This document shows, one piece after another, positions 29,401-43,709 of a stretch of 64,000 bases of DNA. The position numbers were made by a program, and so were the translations under genes. Position 1 is the first letter of the stretch. Every line of letters starts with the position of its first letter. This DNA comes from Chrysomallon squamiferum (lineage: Eukaryota; Animalia; Mollusca): positions 5,394,001 to 5,458,000 of the forward strand of contig CM022677.1 in the NCBI GenBank assembly GCA_012295275.1, in the 5' to 3' direction. The notes under the pieces were generated by a model that worked only from the letters and a program-made list of their open reading frames with translations, was not told the origin of the DNA and did no database searches.

Positions 29401-30613
29401 TTTATATTAAATCATTTTCTGAATTCTAGGCAGACTGAATATACACACTTTGGACTTTGTCATTTACATATGAATTATTTTTCAGGAGGAGAAGGCGGAG
29501 CTGAAAGTCAGAACTACTTGATGGAGAAGGAGACTGAGTAGTAAGGAGTCACAGGAGCAGGCCTACAGAGTACAGATAGAGTATCTCAAGTGTGAGATCT
29601 CAGAACACCAGCAGAGAAGGCAAACACAAACGTGATTATCTCTGTTTTATTTATCACTTTATCTCTTCTAGCTAGACAAGCAGGTATATAAACAGTGGAA
29701 ACATACATAGTAGATATATTTCACATTATTGATTTTATTATTTGTTATGCTTTGTGTGTTTTAAACGTTGATTTAAACAGAGAAAAAATTAAATAATAAT
29801 AACCAACTTCATATACTGATTTTATTATGTGTGTATTCTAAAACACTGATAACACATCTAAATAATAGTAATAACTTACTTGATAGAGTATTTATTTTAT
29901 TAAGTGAGTATTCTAAATGTATTGACTTGTTCATATAAACAGAGAAAATTAAAGAATAACTTACTATATAATGTCATGATTCTGTGTGTCATAACTACTG
30001 ATGCTGTATTCGCAGTTCTTTATTATAATTTTAAACAGTATGTTTTCTAAGAATACTGAGTGTAACAGAAATGTAATAATAAAATAATGATAGGTTGTCA
30101 TAACATTGATTTAATATGCCATAACTACTGAACTTGTTCTTTTAAAATAATAATGAATTCAAATTATTAAAATTTTAAATGTTTTAAATCTTGATTCATC
30201 ATTTAATAATTTTAATTTTATTAGGTAACTGAGTTTCAATCATTTATCATCATGATGAAGAAGATAATTGTTTATGTTTCATACAATTTTAATTTAATTA
30301 TTATAATCAAATTTTAATTGTATATCATAAGAACAAGGATAATAATCTGATAGCTTTCATAATTACTACAAAATTTCAATGTATAATCATTTATCATCCA
30401 GATGATGAAGATGATGAGCTGACAGTGCCAGCTATCTGTGAGTTGAGATTGAATGATGTGATGGAGATAGCTCAGGACCTGTTGAGTCACTCAGAAGAGA
30501 AACATGACTGAAATTCAGAGTACAAGAGTTAGTGGCTGCTCTAGAGAAAATCTCTAAAAACTCAGAAATCAGCAGTCAGCAGAGTTTGTCAGTGACCTGA
30601 AACGAGCTAACAG
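26410..30613 (+). pseudogene. MCC: MCC (colorectal mutant cancer protein)-like multi-exon pseudogene, copy 2
   Basis: Exons 26410-26523 (QAA*TSLKWEIIELNNRL..ERDQLEK*L), 27072-27210 (RYEERVTELHSVIAEL), 27636-27717, 27897-28149, 28946-29180 (SSTASSVDTDFTKLDEQRL..LKNDLAAVRMTVMELES..*RLDLENAVLMQELMAMK, donor mutated to GG), 29486-~29631 (EEKAELK..QEQAYRVQIEYLK) and 30402-30613 (RVQELVAALEK..SAEFVSDLKRAN). These match recalled MCC motifs in the expected order, with several stops and frameshifts. Confidence 0.88.
28415..28652. repeat. Minisatellite, ~39-bp unit (ggataaattgttacatttttgttacagttgaaagagttaca) in an MCC intron
   Basis: About 6 degenerate units visible. Confidence 0.85.
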
Positions 30614-31234
30614 GTAAACATACAGGTTTATGTGTGCACGTCACACATATCTACATATATGCATACGTACACACTTGCTCATACAAACACATATACAAAT
30701 TTCAAACATAAGTTGAAATTATATTTAGAAACATTTTAATACTAACACTTATTATATTTTATATTATAGAATATTATAAATCTAAACTGCCATAGTGTCA
30801 CTGATTTTATTTTTTCCTTTTTACTGCATTTAGTATTAAAATCACTTTTACTGATATTGTTCTTATTAACATTTATATATTTTTAATATAAATTACATAT
30901 CTAACTTTATTTTCTGCTTTTTCTGATAGCGTTAGTATTTCTGTAACATGATTGAGGTATCTAATATTACATATCTTTATTTCACTTTATTTTTTGTTAT
31001 ATAATGTCTTTATTATGATTAGTATTTTTGTTAACCTCTCAACAGTGGCAGGGTATGTTTTGTTTGTGTGTGTGTGTGTGTGTGAGACAGAGAGAGAAAT
31101 ATTGCATGAATGATAATAATCAAAATAGCATATGCATTAATCAGACAGATGTAGATTGATAAAAAGAAAGTATTATGTTCATGTTGGAATTGCTAAAAAC
31201 ATTGTTTACTGTTGATGTTAAATATTTTATGTAG

Positions 31235-31335
31235 GTCATTGCAGTATTGTCCAGTTGCTGTCTAGAAAGGGAATTTACATTATGGAGAAGGATGAATCAG
31301 CTGTACAGACAATGCAGACTGCACAATTCCAAGTA
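31235..31335 (+). pseudogene. Degenerate exon, possibly ankyrin-repeat-like; paralogs at ~45942-46036 and ~58869-58963
   Basis: AG/GT-bounded block reading GHCSIVQLLSRKGIYIMEKDES, resembling GHxxIVxLLLxxGAxxxxKD. Flanking intron sequence (31140-31495) is shared with 45850-46162. Confidence 0.35.
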
Positions 31336-34300
31336 GTAAGTTTTTTAATCTTATTTTTATTTCTTAGTAAGTAAAATAAGTTTTACAGTAACAACTCTTT
31401 ACTGATTGTAAAACAGCATAATAATAATCATTTGTTTCCTGTTGTTTTGTTAATTATTTAAATTATTACCATTATCATCATTATCATTATAATGGATATA
31501 CAAAGTATATCAAAAATAACCCACATCCCTTTGTGTCTGAATAATCCAGTAACTGATAACAGCAAAATTTTAATTTTAATAATAACAGAAACATTAGTTA
31601 TTTATTTTTATTATTTTATTTTCTATTTATTTTTTTCAGTATGCACATAATTGATGTTGATGTTTGCTAGTGAAGTTGTTTCAGTAGAAGGTGCTGTCCA
31701 GCACTGAGGATAAAGTTTGCTGCCACTGGAAAAGAGAAAAAAAACCTGAACAAGTGAATTACTAGTTTTTCTTATGTATTTCTTATTATTCTAAACCTAA
31801 TGAAGTTTAATTTAATTTAAAGTAAGAAGTTGCATTTTGCAACTAATATATCAATAAGTACACATACATTAGTATTTTGTAACATACACTACATTTTATA
31901 TCATGTTACATGTCTCTCCCTCTCTCTCTCACATACACTTCCATTCATATAGACCTAATTAGTTTGTTGTAAATTTCTATATTTTAAAACAGAGTATTTT
32001 AAAATGTTAAACTTTCCTGTTACCAGACACGTTCCTATCACTATTCTTTTAATGACAGACATACTAAAATACATTGGAGATGGACACATACATAACTAAA
32101 AAGGTAAAGAAATTGCTCTATATGCAAGATGAGCTAATTTACCACAAGACAGAAATGTCATCAAAGAATATGGCAGAAAGGAGCATCTGTAAAGGTTGTT
32201 ATTGTTATAGTAATAGTATTAGTCATTTCTGTTGTTGTAGTAATGTAGATGTTACAGCATTAGTACTTGTAGCATTATTAATAATAGTAATGTTGCAGAA
32301 TTGACTTTGATGATGTTTTAGTTGATGATGCTGTCTCCATAGCTTTGTACCTTGTGAGACTCATGGTGATTAAATATAATTGGTTGTAGTGGTGGTACTA
32401 CTATCAATGGATAGTAATTTTAGTAATAGGAGTATTATTTTAATAACAGTAACCCTAGTTGAATAAGGAATAACAGTAAATATTAGTTGTAGTAATGATG
32501 ATAATAAAAGTAGCATGTAGTGTTGCAGTAAACGTAGTAGTAGCAGTATTTTATTTATATTTTATACAGTATTTTATTTATTTATTTATTTATTTACTCA
32601 TATGAGGCAGCGCACCCAACAATTAGACTCTGAACAGTCAGTCATCCAGTCTCTAGTCCAATGTCAGCATCGACTCAGTTGTGTGAAAGTTCTGCTGCTT
32701 TAGTGAACTTTGTCTGAAAATGGGTCTTACAGCACTTTCAACTGAAGTGCAGGCTGAGGCAGCTTGAATCAATGTTGGTGACCTGGATATTGAAGCCGAC
32801 ATACAACAAATCTGACTTTGAGAGTCTTCCCCAGGTCACCAATATCAACTGTAGATGTCAGGGAAAAAACTTGAAACATTTGAAAATGCTAAAACCAGAG
32901 GAAGAAAAACATTAAAACTTGCAGATGACTGTGATGGCTGTGTGTGACAGTGGCAAAGTCAAAAACCTGGAAGTTGAGCAGCAGGTGACTTAGTTTACTT
33001 TGATTAGCATTGTTTTATTTCGTTTTAGCTTATATTTGTATTAGGAGTAATCAAAACAGTTTCGTTTCTAACTCACAAAAATTACATGGCTTAAGGAATG
33101 ATGTTGAAATCAGTTCATAAAGAAACACAGATCTGTATTAATTTTGTTAATGGTGTTTCTAATGAAAAATTCTACTTTAGTATTACTTATGTGATTCAAA
33201 TTCATCTTTGTTTTATCACATTGCATGTGTAATGTTGTCTTTGTTTTAAATACATTTTAAAATATACCTTAATGATCATTATTGTAACTATTGTCTGAAT
33301 GCAATATTGTGGTTTATTCATAAGACAAAATATATTTCATTAGTGGTAAAAATTAAATTACATTAAAGTGGCAGGAAAGAATATTACAATTAAATGTTTT
33401 AAATAATCAAATAATTTGTTATTAATGATTGTTAAGGTTAATTAAAGATTGTAAGAATAATCTCAAATGTATTTTCATCATGTTAGTATCTTCGAATTTC
33501 AAGTAGAATCAGTATTAGAAGACCATTTTACTTACTGTCTAATGTAATACCATATATGTTTAAAATGTTTATTTTCTTAATATTCCTGGCAGTCATTGTA
33601 AACTGGACTAAAAGTCTAAAAAACAGTGTAAATATCAAATTTTACCAAATTACAGAAGTATTCAAATTTATTTTAAAATATTTTTCATAATCTCTTTTAT
33701 TGATGTATTGCTATTTTAATCCTTTGATATAAAAGTTAAAAAAATAAATTATTTTTACTAAAATTATATGGTAAAAAAAATTTGAATAAAAATTCTTGTT
33801 GCCAAGTCAGTGAAATGCAATTAGAGCTGACAAAAAAAATTCTACTTGCACTATATTTTATGTTTAGTTCATTAATGAATATTATATTTTGTTGTAGGAT
33901 CCTAGACAACAGATTCAAGCTGCCTCAGCCAGCACTTCAGTTGAAAATGTTGCAAGACACATTTTCAGACAAGGTTCACTAGAGCACCAGAATGCTATTA
34001 CATCACAGTCTTCCCTGTCCAGAGAAAGCTCAACACTTTCAAGAGAAAATCTGTCTGAAATGTAAGACAATAAAATCAATCTAATTTGAATTTATAAATA
34101 TTGAGACAGTCATGAAAAAAAAGAGAAATCTGAAGGGAAATAATTTTGAAAACTCAGTGATCTCCAAGAGACTGCATTGTCAATGTGATCAGAACATCCA
34201 GTGTACACATTGTACTTCACAGCAGCTTGCACTGTTTTTATCTTTGATGTGTGCTTGGTTATTCTAATGTTTCTCACTGGAAGAGGAATGGATATGCATC

Positions 34301-35049
34301 ATTGCTATGGAATGCCATTTTTCTAAATAAGCTAAAATTAATGTGACAACAAGGTTTTTCTTTATCTCATTTAAATCAGGTGAGTTTGCTGGGGCTAATA
34401 TAAATATAATTGAAGATTGTGTAGTTGGTGTAATAAGAATTTTTTTTTTTTTTTTTTTTATAATTCAGGAAATCTTTTTTTTTAAATGTCTTTAAATTAT
34501 TTAAATCATGGGAAAATCAATGACTATTAATAAAATTAACTATTAACTAAATTAAAATTTTATTTGCATTAACCATGACTTTGTTATTTTTAATTAGAAG
34601 AAACATGATGATCTTCAAGTTGAAATTACTTAAAAACCTGTCTAGATAAAAAAACTTAAACATTCAGTTATTTTTGTTTAGACATTTCTACCAGTTTTTA
34701 TAATTTGCATTGCCACTTTAGAAAGAATAATTGAATTATTTCAATAAGAAATCTTTAAAAAACTGAAAATAATTTATAAATGATAAAAAAAATAAGAGAA
34801 ACAAAAAAAATGTACATAATTGGAATGTTTAAAAGTATTTTATAATTTGCCTTTCACATTTTCATAAAATTCAAAAAATTATTTCAAAAATGTGCAATTG
34901 GAAATGTCTTCCAATTTATTTATAATCTGTATTTTCTGTTTAATTCAATTAAAAAATCTGTGAAAAAAAAATTAAAATAATAAATAAACCAAAAAACAAA
35001 TATGATAATAATTCAAAAGAAAGAAAATAATTGGTATTTAATGTTTCCA

Positions 35050-35706
35050 AGGTAAATTATGTTATGTAAATGGGTGACATTTACAAAATCAAACCCATTG
35101 CATCTTATCTAAAAACAATAATTAAAAATAGAAAATAATGCTTAAGTTGTTTCAGTTTCTTAACATTAAAAATGTTAAGGCACATTCAAATAATTCAAAA
35201 CAAAAATAAACAAATAAAGAATAGTCTTTGTGTGTTTTTATTTTTATTATGTATATATTGATAACATCTTCGGTATTTGTTGTCAACCAACAAAAGATAA
35301 TCTGATTTAATCATTATTTTTTATATATACATGTTGTTCGATTTTATGAAAACAAACAATCAAAGCACTAGAATGAACACTAAAAACACACACTCTCTCT
35401 CTCTCTCTCTCTGTATATTTACAAACCCATTAAATAGAGTTGTTTCCCTTAGACCATTAATAGATATAACATTGCAAACTATTCCAATATTAAATTCATT
35501 TTCTAATCAACCAGTTTCCATTATTTTTTGGTTTATTTGATTTATTATTATTATTATAAACAATGAATATTTCTTTTTATTCAAGGGGCAAATCGTAAAA
35601 CAAAAACATTTTAAGCGAAATAGGAATTTTATAATACTTAAGTAATAATAATAATTCAAATAATAAATCCCACACTTGTAAAATTTTAAACATTTATTAT
35701 TATTAC

Positions 35707-35766
<60 letters not shown>

Positions 35767-36379
35767 CATACATCATTTCAGTTTCATTTTCTTTAAAATA
35801 AAAATTACTGCAAATATGTTTTTAAAAATGATACTGGTTTTAGTAGAGCTAAAATTATTTTTTAGCCTGATTAATTTCAGGTTTTTTCAAATATCATTTA
35901 ATGTTAATAAGAACAATTCAAAATCAAGACAATAATATTAACTCTTTCTAACAGATAACATCCTGTAACCGTGATTCATTTTGTCCTTGCTTATTATTTT
36001 GCTGTATAACTACTTTGGGGAATGCAATGATTGGAGTTTTTGGTTAATCAAATATAACCAGGTTATGTTACATAAATGGGTGGCAGTACAAATATTTTTC
36101 AAAAAAGAAAATAGTATTTGTTCTTAACTGTTTTAAATCCTGACATTTGCAAATTCAACCTCATTGCATCTTATCTAAAAGCAATAATGAAAATGGAAAA
36201 TATTTCTGAAATTGTTTCAATTTCTTAGCATTAAAAATGTTAAGGCACATTCAAATTATTTAAAACAAAAATAAAGAAAGAAAGAATAGTCTTTGTATGT
36301 TTTTATTTGTATTATGTATATATCGATCAGCGTCTTCTGTATTTGTTATCAATTAGCAAAAGATAATCTGACATAATCA

Positions 36380-36410
<31 letters not shown>

Positions 36411-36416
36411 CACTTC

Positions 36417-36454
<38 letters not shown>

Positions 36455-36989
36455 CTTTTTTGTATATTTACAAACACGTTAAAGTTATATCCCTTAGCAG
36501 TGTCAAGCTAAATTTGATTTGCTACATTTAGATGAATTTTGCTAATTCTTTAAAATGATTTATCACAAAATATTTCAATAGTAACATATATTTACTCCAA
36601 AAGTTTATAAAGACCCAATTTCCATTATTTGTTTGTTTATTTGAGTTATTATTACTACTTAATTAATTATTGTAAAATTCCTATTTTGCTAAAAACTGTT
36701 TTTTTCGATTTGTCCCTTGAACAAAAACAATGAAATTTTCATATAAATTTTGAGCAGTCAAAATCACTCTGCATGATGTTTCTAATCCAACTGAAGTTTG
36801 TTAAATAGGAAATATAATTACAATAACATTTTAAGACAAAACTAAACTCCACTTTTTTAACGGTGAATTCTAATACTAAATTATAGTGACATATGCCTTT
36901 AAGATTTTGTACTATGAACCCATTTTACTTTTATTTCATACTGTCATAATGATGCCATAATCAAGCAAATTAATTTTTAATTCTTTAAA

Positions 36990-37026
<37 letters not shown>

Positions 37027-37340
37027 GACATACATAACTTCATTTTCATTTCTTTAAAATAAAAATTACAGCAAAATTATTTTTTTAATCTGATTAATTT
37101 CAGCTATCTACAACAATTCAAAATCAAGTCAATAATATAAGAATAAATCATTAAAATAATCCAATTAATAATTCTGTTTTTTATCTCTACTTTTATATCA
37201 TTTTTCTGTTCATTTTTTGAAAAGACAACAACAAACAAAACACTTGGAACTTGTATTTATACATAAACAAGGACACTGTCTTTCACATGCAGCAGTTATT
37301 TGACAACAAACACATTAACTCTTTCTCACAGATAACATGT
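35050..37340. repeat. Old tandem duplication, two diverged units of ~1.0-1.3 kb
   Basis: cattgcatcttatctaaaa..cattaaaaatgttaaggcacattcaaa..gaatagtctttg..aaagataatctga..acaattcaaaatcaag..taactctttc(t)acagataacat occur in order at 35095-35961 and again at 36163-37338. Confidence 0.85.
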
Positions 37341-39502
37341 ACGTAACAACTCAACCTTTTACATTCACATCTGTCTGTCTTTCTCTCTGTATCTATGTCT
37401 GCATCGATTTCTGCTACATACCCATGCCTCAGATAACACAAAAATTCGAATTTCCTTCAGTACACACATACACTCACACACAACTTACATACATACATAT
37501 ATATATATACCCATTTTCTTTTTCTAACAGCCAATACATATATATCGACATCTGTTCGTGTGTTTCTCTATCAATCCATAAATTCTACACAGTTTTAACA
37601 ATTTTTCTGTTGCCGCCTGCTTCTCTCTATGAATAGTCCAAACTAGTTATTATTATTATTGTTCCATCTATATTTTTGTGCATCTCGATTATGTCATCAA
37701 TTTTACATTCTACCATGTAAAACAAGTTTTCGAGGCGCAGACACTGTTAAATAAAAAATACAGGATTCTACATTTTGCTTTATAAACTGCGCTGCTGGAT
37801 AAGCTTAATGCTTCTTTTTTTAATTGTTTACTACTGATAATATCTTTTCATCGCTCTCTAAAACAAATTTTATAAAACTATACATTTATTTATTTATTTA
37901 TTTATTTATATATTTTTGTGGTTGAGAAATACAGAGGGCCTTTCAAATAAATCATATTTTTAAATACGGTAACCAATATTATACCAGTTAATCATTAATT
38001 TCTGTGTATAATATCATATTTAATTTGGTAATTTTCTGAAGATAATTTGAGACTGCTCGACAGAATTTACATTTTTATTTAGTACCAGCTGTGCAGTTTA
38101 TTACGTTCCATCTTAGTAAAAAAAAACCACTGCTTACATCGATATTTTATTATGTTTACCTTATATATAAACTGTCAGCTAAAGGAATATCATCGGCTTT
38201 TCAAGAATGATCTTGATAACAGTAAATGTCGCTGTGAAAACTGCGCTCATGTTGACATCATTTATCATCGACGTATCAACAAAAATGAATGGATTCTTAT
38301 AAAGTAAAATCTCAGTTTTCAGCATCACACAGAGCTTTTTAGTGTAATCTGTTCTGCTGTTAATCAAATATCACTTTAATCTGGATATGACCTGTTAATT
38401 TTATAGTGGCATTCAGCACTCGACTTGTAAATTCAGAAATAAATAATTTAATGGCTAGATATACAGGGGAAGCCACTCTATTGTGATAATATTTTTCTCT
38501 TAAACTTACAAAACAATAAAATAAAAAATAAAAATTAATACTGAACACGTGAGAAGTTATACTTTACTTGAATCACAGAATTTGATTCTGCAAACGACAT
38601 TAAAATTAAAATTCACAGAGATAAGCGAAGTCTTCTGTTTTGTAAAACGCGACGTAATTCACGTTTTATACATAAAACCAGCGACGTTTATATCATAAAT
38701 TGATACTGAATGAAAATAACGTGATGTTTTATTATGTTTTACCTCTATTTTGCATCATAAACAATACTGATAATTTCACTTACAGTTACATTTTATTCTA
38801 CTAGCTGATATTAATATTATAATTTGTAAGTTATATCATTAAAAAACACAAAAAAACAACATGCGTATCCATACGCCTTCTACAAAACTTTAAAGAACAG
38901 AATAGTATAACTTTAAAACCTAGCTGCTACCTTAATGGAATCGCAGCAATTTATATTAATACCTTGAGAATTAATGAAATAAATATCATATTTAGTTTCT
39001 ATGAGCGTAGTTTTCTGAAGGTAATTTGAGAACACTGGACAGAATTTACGATTTAATTTACTAAATGTCTATCTATTTCTATATTCTTCAAAGTATCTAC
39101 CTGTCTATTATTTAACTACATACATAAACACCGTCTCACTGATGTCAACATATATAAATATATATATTTAACTATCCTCTAAGGCAAACACGTATACCAA
39201 ACTATTTCTTGTCTATGTGTGTGTGTCTGTGTATGTGTGTGTCTATCTCTCTATCTGTTTATTTGTTGATAATTGTTTCTTTCTTTATAATGACGACAGT
39301 AATACTGACGTAACGACACTAACGATGAAAACAACAATATTTGCAATAATACTACTTAAAATGATAAATAAAATAATAATTAAGAAAGAATACTGAAACA
39401 AGAGAAAAAGAAAAGATTAAGAAAAGAAATCGAATGATTAATTCAAGCATATATTTATAAAAAAGAAACAGTTACATTAAACAGAAATAAACAAATAATA
39501 TA

Positions 39503-40220
39503 GGGTAAGGTGGGGTAATTCTGGCCCACACATTCATGAGTAATTTGGTCCTCAAATTTGTTGTACTGATTATTGCTATATAATCATTGTTTACTACTAA
39601 TAATAATTAGTCCTAATCATAATACAAGTCAAATTCAAAACTTCAATAAACTAAACTCCTTGACAAATATCACACAAGAATACAATATCTTTAAAGTCTG
39701 CACCAGCTGCGATTTCGAAATTTGCGCAAGAATCAAGACAATACCAATTTGGGCACCCGTCACTTCCTATCAGCTAGTCAGGAATTCGTTCCATCATCAA
39801 CTCTGCCACAGAGTTCACATTTTTCTTCTGTATCTACTACATCTCTGTCTTCTAGTTCAGGCTCATCACCATCAGCGTTTTCTTTGACTGCATCCACCGG
39901 TTCTGCTGTAGCATTCAAATTGAACTGCCGTTTTGACTTTGGTATCTTCAATTTTTGTTGCTGTAATGTTGCCTCTAAAACATTTCATTTCTTTGCCTTT
40001 TCTTCCACCTTTTTCTTCTTCTCTGCCAACTCTTCTTCATTCCTCTTGACACTTTCTTCCTCTGTCAGTGCCTCGGCAGACCTCATCCTTTTGATTTTAT
40101 TTGAAGTTTGACAACGTGCCCCCCGATGGACCGTGGACTTTCAACTGTTTCAAAAAACTTAAATAAAACTCTACATCAATGCCAAAACTATTGATTGCAC
40201 CACCAAATATGGGGGCCAAG
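39503..40220 (-). mobile_element. Internally deleted pogo-like DNA transposon retaining the transposase C-terminus (K/E-rich region plus PHD-like finger)
   Basis: TA plus TIR gggtaaggtggggtaattctggccc at 39503. The minus strand 40111-39655 reads ..SAEALTEEESVKRNEEELAEKKKKVEEKAKK*..CELCGRVDD../..IGSDGCPNWYCLDSC..FLCDICQGV* (frameshifted). Joined to subterminal sequence of the opposite end shared with 20061-20106. No DDE core is visible. Confidence 0.6.
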
Positions 40221-40827
40221 AAGTGTCTATAATATTTTCCGTTAAAGAGCACATTAAATCACAAAACCTATAATACTTAATTATCACATAATATCTGGTA
40301 AAATAAAATAATCCATCTGATTAGAGTAATCCGGAGAGTGAGAGAGAGAGAGAGTAAGAAAGCCAGAGGGAGATATTTATATGTCATAAGTACATACACT
40401 TCTGTTGGCCTGTCTGTCTTTCTGTATATAGAAAGGGCTTTCAAATTAATGGCACTGTATTCGAGATTAGAAAAATACTCTATGTATCCATCTGTTCATC
40501 TATCTTCAGTAACTATCTCTGTATGTAGTATTTCTATTTATCTATCATAAATCTATCTATCTGTCTATATATCTACCCAATTAATATAATATTAATGTAC
40601 TAATTAGCCATTCCCTTTGGAAATGTTGCCACACATACACCACGGTGATGTTCAATACACGTAGGGGATGTTAGTAATGGTTAGTATTTGTTAAATGTTA
40701 AAATTTGTTGACGGTTAGTATTTGGTTAACAGTTAGTTTTTAGTTAATGGCTAATATTTGGTTAGTGGTTAGAATTTTGTCAATGGTTTGTTAAATGTTA
40801 GTATTTGGTTAATGGTTACTCGGTCTA

Positions 40828-40922
<95 letters not shown>

Positions 40923-41243
40923 TCTCTAACTCGCTCTCTTCTCTCAACACAAAATTAACAATTTTACGCTCTAGAAATCATTATATCTGTGAAATTTAAA
41001 TAACGTGTCGGTATGAAAAGGCTGAAAAACAGTATTTACATGTATTTGAAATCATAATAAATAAAATATAGAAATTTTCACGTATTAAAACGGAATTTCG
41101 TAACAAATTTAAATTCTTGACCTTATTTTTACTCTGAATAGCATGAATGAAAAAATATTAAGATTTTAATAAAGAAAGATTTTAAATATGTGAAATAAAT
41201 TAAGAATGCACAAATAGAGATACTACTACTACCACTACTACAA

Positions 41244-41327
<84 letters not shown>

Positions 41328-42481
41328 GTAATATATATATATAATGTATATATAAAAGTCCTGACGTATCACCGATAGTGGGAGGAGTTTACTCCGCCAA
41401 GTAAAAATTGCATCGATTAGAGTTATTTCCCTTTAGTGATATGTGTTCACAAACATACTTTAGACATATGTCCCTTACGTGAGATGTACTCACTAAGCAA
41501 ACTAAAAATTACATCGATTATAGTTATCTCCCTTTAGTGATATGTGTTCACAAACAGGGATGAGAGTTATGTCTCTTACGTGAAACATTTAATAATAATT
41601 TGTATTATCTAATAAAATCTGTGTCATGTCTCTGACTCCCCCCACACACACGCAGAACATGTGACTGTCCTCAGTAACGAACTGCCTCTGTTACCCTGCA
41701 GTAGCAACTGAGCCAAAAGTACTTGAACGAAATCTCAAACAGTTTGAGGAGAGTTTTCAGAAACAGTTTCTGACTTACTTTCCAGAACAACTGCAGAGAG
41801 GGGTAGGTTACGAGGATTACGATGCTGATGAGCGTCTTACAGGAGCAGCAATTACATCTTGTGATGTTGTCTCTCATCAGCTGTCATATTCACATCCCGC
41901 TCTGTCTCAATACAAGGACAACAAGTAAATGGAAGGAGAGAAGTGATCACTCGATCAACATTCTCACTTACGTTTTACAAAACTGATTCTCATTATCGGG
42001 GAGATGTTTAGGAAGATGTATTCCTGTGTTTCGGCTATTACAGTGGGGTCTATGCTATATGTCGCTTGTGTTACATGTAGAGGATCTGTAGTGCTATATC
42101 TTTTTAATCCAATATCTGTGGACGTTTTTCGCCAGGTCACCAAATGTGACCAAAGTGATTACTCGTGCAAAAAAAAACAACAGCCACACGTTAATGCTAA
42201 AGTGAAGCCAGCTAACATTTCCAACCTTAACGTTATAGAGTTATCGGTTGGTTAACAAAACAGTTTATCACAGGCGATAACTCTATTAACAAAAGTTTGC
42301 TATTGTTTTTCCTTATTAATTCAAGTATTAGTTCGCTAAAGTGAAGACAACGAACAAATCTAGCGAACTCTTACAAAGTCAGGTTGAAGAATTATCGGTT
42401 GGTTAACGGAACAAGTTATCATGGGAGATAACTCTGTAACCTTGTATTTGCTATGTTTTTCCTTTTCAATTCCAGTAGGGT

Positions 42482-43150
42482 TACTATCCTGTCAGTAACT
42501 CTGTTTGTTCAAGGCATTGCCTTGTGCCTAGTATATTACAGACTGTGTTATGTCCTACCCTGTCACTGAGTCTCTTTCTTCAAAGCAATGCATCGTGTCT
42601 AATATATTACAGACTGTGGTATGTACTATCCTGTGACTGAGTATTTTTGTTCAAGGCAGTGCACTGTATCTAGTATTACAGACTGTGGTATGTACTACCC
42701 TGTCAGTGTCTGTTCAAGGCAGTGCATCGTGTGTACTATATTACAGACTGTGGTATGTACTATCCTGTCAGTGACTCTGTTTGTTCAAGGCAGTGCATTG
42801 TGTCTAGTATATTAGAGACTCTGGTATGTACTACCCTGTCAGTGAGTCTGTTTGTTCAAGGCAGTGTGTAGTGCCTAGTATATTATAGACTCTGGTATGT
42901 ACTACCCTGTCACTGAGTCTGTTTCTTCAAGTCAGTGGAAGGTGTCTACTATATTACAGACTGTGGTATGTACTATCCACTCAGTGACTATTTGTTCAAG
43001 GCAGTGCCTCGTGCCTAGTATATAACAGGCAGTGGTATGTACTATCGTGTGAGTGAGTATTTTTGTTCAAGGCAGTGCACTGTATCTAGTATTACAGACT
43101 GTGGTATGTACTACCCTGTCAGTGTGTCTGTTCAAGGTAATGCATCGTGT
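42482..43150. repeat. Minisatellite, ~71-bp unit, ~9.5 copies (duplicate at 55410-56079)
   Basis: Unit tactatcctgtcagtgactctgtttgttcaaggcagtgcattgtgtctagtatattacagactgtggtatg, with starts at 42482, 42553 and onward. Confidence 0.95.
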
Positions 43151-43709
43151 TTAGAAATTATTTTCTTGCCAAACAATATTTTTCATGCTTCTTAAATACT
43201 CATCATAAATATGCAGCTCTTTCTCCCTTTAATTATCATTCCCCAATTGATAATCCATATGTTTCACCATAAATACTATGACAATCTATATCTCAACATC
43301 TCTCTAACATAAGTCAGTTTCCCAAATAAGTTGCCCAATTGAGTTTTAATTTCATTGAGTCCTTGACCTATCCAGTGGGTTCTTTAAATGTCTCAGTTAT
43401 CATTTTCTTGAAGAAGCCATTTAAGAAGCCATTCTCTAATTGAACCATTCAAAGGGTAATCCCTTCTCTTTTATGTCCTCAGACTTATCCCTTTATCTTA
43501 ACTACAGATCTATCCCTTTATCTTATCTTCAGATCTATCCCCTTATCTTATCTTCAGATCTATCCCTGTATATGGCTTCCCAGATGGCTTCCCACTTAAC
43601 CCATGCTATGAATATAAAAGCTCTGAGGGAGCACCATTCCTGAGACTCATTAGTGCCATCGTTAGAATACACATCACAAACATATCAATAAAATTACGAT
43701 GAAGTCATG

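Noticed and set aside
32600-32850. Possible tRNA/SINE remnant and a 15-bp inverted repeat (atgttggtgacctgg / ccaggtcaccaatat)
   Set aside because: No convincing cloverleaf or A/B boxes, and it is a single short inverted repeat without other support.
33899-34330. Exon-like block with scattered Cys/His, possibly a decayed RING-type terminal exon
   Set aside because: Too many stops and frameshifts to support any family assignment.
39722-40111. 129-aa Ser/Phe-rich plus-strand ORF (and 52789-53016)
   Set aside because: It is the antisense shadow of the K/E-rich transposase remnant on the minus strand.
42482-43150. Regular array resembling CRISPR
   Set aside because: Whole ~71-bp units repeat with no unique spacers, the context is eukaryotic, and there are no cas genes. 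It is a minisatellite.
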